The notes under the pieces: model-generated | The model's database searches: none | What the model was told of the DNA's origin: nothing | Seen by the model: the letters and a program-made list of their open reading frames with translations, nothing else | Assembly (NCBI GenBank): GCA_964504595.1 | Contig: CAZDEE010000005.1 | Coordinates: forward strand, 7,883-71,882 | DNA: 64,000 nucleotides | Origin: an uncultured Staphylococcaceae bacterium | GTDB lineage: Bacteria; Bacillota_I; Bacilli_A; RFN20; CAG-826 | Direction: 5' to 3' | Part shown: one piece after another, positions 60,351 through 64,000 of the stretch | Layout: each line of letters starts with the position of its first letter | How positions within the stretch are numbered: position 1 is the first letter of the stretch | Made by a program: the position numbers and the translations under genes

Positions 60351-61628
60351 ATGAGAAAACAATTATTATTACTTATTCCCGCTTTGTTACTTGTTGGTTG
60401 CGGAGGAGAAAATGTGACTACAAGCGATGTTAATTCTAATGGCACCACTAATGAAACTACTGCAACTCAACCAGTTGTGGAAGAATATGTTGTTAATGTT
60501 AAATATCCTACTGGTAAATCTGTTACTGGTGATGTTAGCGTTGAATGGTGGAATGAAGACGGACTTATTAAATCAGTTTTAGTTGATGATAAAGGCACTG
60601 CTTCATCAAGTGATTTAACCGATGGAGTTTATAATATTCGTCTTAGTAATATTCCTGAAGGATATGCATATGATCCAAATGGATATGAAGTAAATGAATC
60701 TAAGAAAAAGATAACCATTTTCTTATCATCGATTATTGAATATGAAGAAGGCGATGGAACTAAATATGAGCAAGGAAAAGATAAAGGACCATATTTTATT
60801 AAATCAAATGGTGCTTATAATGTTTCTTTGACAAATGAAAATCCAATTAAATATTATGCTTTTAAGCCAAGTAATCCAGGTAAGTTTATTATTGAATCTT
60901 GGACTACTGACTGTGATCCTATTTTATATATATATGGTAGTAATTTTGCTTTCATTCCTGATATTGTAGATGATGATTCTATCTTTGATAACGTTAGCAA
61001 ATTAAATAAGAATTTCAAATATGATCTTGATATTTCAAGCAAGACTTATGGTCCTGAGGGCAGTGATTATGCAATTGTTTTTGGAGTATCGGTTAATGAT
61101 GAAAATAAGGAAGTTAGTTTCCCTATTAATATTAAATGTTTAGAGGTCTATGATTTTTATGATCCAAATTCAACTTCGAAAGTTGTAGATGCAGTTGCGG
61201 AAAATGTCCCAGAAGTTTATGCTCGTCCTAGTAATGCCTCAATTGCGGTTCCTAAAATAAATGGCAGTGATATTCCTGTTTATAATGAAACTGATGGATT
61301 GTATCATTTAAATACTCAAGATGGTCCGGTTTTGTTAGCGAATATTGATCATAAAAATGATTTATTTTATGAATCTTTTGTTGATATGCAATCTGGAGAA
61401 GCTTCTGATAGAGCCTTTACATTTGATGGCGTTAATTATAATAACTTTATTACTCAATATAAGGCTGCGATTAATATAGATGGTTTAGTTCCGGTAAATC
61501 AAGAATTAAAGAATTTCCTAGATTTATTTATGAAAAATGATCGTGCAGGAATTTTAGCATTTGAAGGACTAACATATAGTAGTTATTCATGGCTTGCATG
61601 TTGTAGTTATTATCTAATTGTCGAATAA
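60351..61628 (+). CDS. Lipoprotein, partial paralog of the upstream gene (no redoxin domain)
   Basis: Lipobox LVGC; shares Y.I.L.NIP.GY, F.P...G.(Y/F).I.S, DG.YH...G, PV..EL and W L..C.YY blocks. Confidence 0.7.
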   Translation: MRKQLLLLIPALLLVGCGGENVTTSDVNSNGTTNETTATQPVVEEYVVNVKYPTGKSVTGDVSVEWWNEDGLIKSVLVDDKGTASSSDLTDGVYNIRLSNIPEGYAYDPNGYEVNESKKKITIFLSSIIEYEEGDGTKYEQGKDKGPYFIKSNGAYNVSLTNENPIKYYAFKPSNPGKFIIESWTTDCDPILYIYGSNFAFIPDIVDDDSIFDNVSKLNKNFKYDLDISSKTYGPEGSDYAIVFGVSVNDENKEVSFPINIKCLEVYDFYDPNSTSKVVDAVAENVPEVYARPSNASIAVPKINGSDIPVYNETDGLYHLNTQDGPVLLANIDHKNDLFYESFVDMQSGEASDRAFTFDGVNYNNFITQYKAAINIDGLVPVNQELKNFLDLFMKNDRAGILAFEGLTYSSYSWLACCSYYLIVE

Positions 61629-62057
61629 ATTAGTTTTATTATTAATATCACTAAGCTGCTTATCTAAAATGATAAGTTTAGTTTAGTGATATTTTTATTT
61701 TTAGATGAATAAGATTAGTTAATACTTGGATATTGATATTTTCAAGATTTAACACGTAAAAAAATTAAAAAAAGTGTTGCAAACAAGTATTGACATGATA
61801 TAATAATTAAAAATTATTTGGACAGTGGTCGTCCCTTTACATCATTTATTTGAAAAAACAGGAATATTTGCCCAATATTTTTATTATAAAAGGAAGGAGG
61901 AAATTTAATTAATATAAAAAATGATAACAATTGATAATCTGTTTTTTTCTCCTTTTAGGAAAAAGTGCTTATAGAGAATAATACTTTTTCGCCATATAAA
62001 AAAAGGAAAATATTTATTTAAAAATCATAACAATAAAAAAATAGGAGGATAAAAGTT

Positions 62058-64000
62058 ATGAAAAAGCAAAATTTATTATTAATGTTAGCTTCTGTTACCG
62101 CACTTTGTGTTGGTTGTAAAAATGGAAATGAAACAACATCTGGCTCAGGCCAAGAACCAACAGGAACACCAACTACAGAAGTGGGACCAACAACGAATTC
62201 TGGTTTAACAACAGAGGCCCCATCAACAGCAGCGCCTACGACACCAACTCCAACGACGCCAACCCCAACAACTCCGGTTGTACCATCAATTACTTTAGAT
62301 GAATTTGAAAGTGCTATGACAACTGCAAATTCAAAATCCGACTCTATAGCAAGCGGAACTATTAAATATAAAGTTGTCGGTGGATATTCTCCATGTGATT
62401 CCACACTTGTTTATGAATATGGAAAAGATTGTTTCCATTATCAAGAAGACTTCTATGGTGATATCGTTGATTATTATTTAATTAAAGATGGTAGTGAATA
62501 TGCCTATGTTCAACAGAATTCCGATGGTGAGTATTTAAAACCATATAGTGATTTCTCTGGTGATGTCATTGATTATCCTTTTTCAAGTGCTTTTGGAAGT
62601 TGGGATAAATACTATGGCGTTGGAAGCTTTATTACTTCAATTTTCACAAATGGAAAAGCAAATGTAAATAAAGATTTCGCCTATAATTTAAAAGATGGTG
62701 TTTATAGTTTTACATTTGGATATTGGACTGCAGGTTATAGTGGAACCCCATCACAATATCATGACACTAAAGTTTCCTTTGAATTAGGAGAAGCTAAAGA
62801 ATTTAGTAAATTAAATATTAATGTTGATACTTATGCTTCATCATCTTTTGTCTATGACGATGAACTTGGAGTTGTTTATTTAAAAGATGATGCTACAGCA
62901 GGCACAAGTAAATCTTATGAAATTACACAAGTAAGAGGAGATAGAAATTATACCTGTCCATTTAAATTATCAGATTTTTATGCGACAAGTTTTGATTTAT
63001 ACTATGATGATGAAAAAGTAACTTCTGAAACTACAATTAATGTCGTTAAAGAAGGTGAAGCGAAATTATCAATATCCAATATTTTACCAGCAACTGCAAG
63101 CTTTGATTTTGATGAATTTGAACTTGTTATAGATGAAGGTAAAGAAGAAGGCGTCAGCGGATATTATGATAATTATTATGGAAAATATGTAATCACAGGA
63201 ATGGAAACTGGTAGTTATACAGTATCTTTAAAAACCAAAAACGTTACAAAAACATTTAAGGTTGAAGTAACTGCTTTAGTACCAACCTCAGCTTCTTATT
63301 ATTATGCAGTTTCAAAACCAGATGGTACTTATGAATCAATTATGACTGATAGTAAGACAATTAATGGTTATGTTGATTGTGAATATGTATTATTTGCTCT
63401 TATTGAACCATTTAATGCTGATCAAGAAGTATCCGTTGAAGTAATATCTGGTGGTGATGGTGCTTCATTAGTAACTAGAAATTTTGCTATTAGTGAATGG
63501 GCTGATCCAGAAGATCATTGGTGCTTCAGCGCAAGTGCAGCAGGCACATATGTTGTTAGAATCTCAAGTAAAAATTATTCATCAGTTTATGTAGATGTTA
63601 CATTTAATATTTCTGCCGCTCCATCATTTGCTACTGTTTTAACAGCAAATAGCTATGCATATGTTGATTATAGCGGAATTAAATATGTATTTGATTTTGC
63701 TCCATCAGCTGATGATAATAAAGGCACAGTAACAATTACAGATCATGCTTCATCTAAGACAGAATCAGCATCTTATGAAATTAGCGCTAGTGACTATGGA
63801 TATAAAATGGCATTAACTCATGTTAGTGGCGAATCATTTGAAATTTCTGAATTAGCTTTATCAGAATCCTATGATTTATTCATATATGAAGAATCTGAAT
63901 ATAGTGAAGTAGGATCATATGCAATTCTTTCAGTTGTAACTCCTGAATTATATTTATGTGGTGGTTGGACTGGAGATATTGAAGGATTTACTTTAGAGAT
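62058..64000 (+). CDS. Large surface lipoprotein with Thr/Pro linker and Ig-like domains (runs off the window end)
   Basis: AGGAGG RBS, MKKQNLLLMLASVTALCVGC lipobox, TTPTPTTPTPTTP linker, frame appears open to the window end. Confidence 0.75.
   Translation, partial: MKKQNLLLMLASVTALCVGCKNGNETTSGSGQEPTGTPTTEVGPTTNSGLTTEAPSTAAPTTPTPTTPTPTTPVVPSITLDEFESAMTTANSKSDSIASGTIKYKVVGGYSPCDSTLVYEYGKDCFHYQEDFYGDIVDYYLIKDGSEYAYVQQNSDGEYLKPYSDFSGDVIDYPFSSAFGSWDKYYGVGSFITSIFTNGKANVNKDFAYNLKDGVYSFTFGYWTAGYSGTPSQYHDTKVSFELGEAKEFSKLNINVDTYASSSFVYDDELGVVYLKDDATAGTSKSYEITQVRGDRNYTCPFKLSDFYATSFDLYYDDEKVTSETTINVVKEGEAKLSISNILPATASFDFDEFELVIDEGKEEGVSGYYDNYYGKYVITGMETGSYTVSLKTKNVTKTFKVEVTALVPTSASYYYAVSKPDGTYESIMTDSKTINGYVDCEYVLFALIEPFNADQEVSVEVISGGDGASLVTRNFAISEWADPEDHWCFSASAAGTYVVRISSKNYSSVYVDVTFNISAAPSFATVLTANSYAYVDYSGIKYVFDFAPSADDNKGTVTITDHASSKTESASYEISASDYGYKMALTHVSGESFEISELALSESYDLFIYEESEYSEVGSYAILSVVTPELYLCGGWTGDIEGFTLE

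Noticed and set aside
62215-62285. Short tandem repeats ACNCCAACN
   Set aside because: They encode a PTT linker and are degenerate at third positions, so this is not a DNA-level array.
62018-62404. 128-aa minus-strand ORF
   Set aside because: Antisense shadow of the Thr/Pro linker of the plus-strand lipoprotein starting at 62058.

Overview
A 64-kb, very AT-rich chromosomal segment of a low-GC Bacillota genome. The gene content suggests a gut-type uncultured Bacilli lineage, but that taxonomy is an inference. The standard genetic code fits. Most of the window is housekeeping: lipid metabolism (PlsC-like acyltransferases, DegV/FakB, a shortened FakA, YwaF x2, HlyIII, GtrA), metal homeostasis (csoR-copA-copZ, a yybP-ykoY riboswitch ahead of a P-type ATPase, ZIP, a DtxR-family regulator with feoAAB), pncB, eno, sdaA, RluA, four tRNAs, a serpin and several large surface lipoproteins. 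The best candidate for an undescribed system is at 3.1-8.9 kb. There, a WYL1-like RHH-WYL regulator with a perfect palindromic operator sits divergent from a soluble FtsH-like AAA+ ATPase that has lost its zinc-protease ligands. That gene is followed by a WYL-like/SF1 helicase/DUF2726 nuclease fusion, and there is no CRISPR-Cas in the window. Other notable items: a 220-bp copA-tail/copZ direct repeat flanking a YhcG nuclease, a candidate membrane XRE regulon over fatty-acid kinase genes, sigmaG-like promoters, a decayed island after tRNA-Leu, and an unrecognised Cys-terminated domain repeated three times in a redoxin lipoprotein pair. All family calls come from reading motifs by eye, not from database searches.
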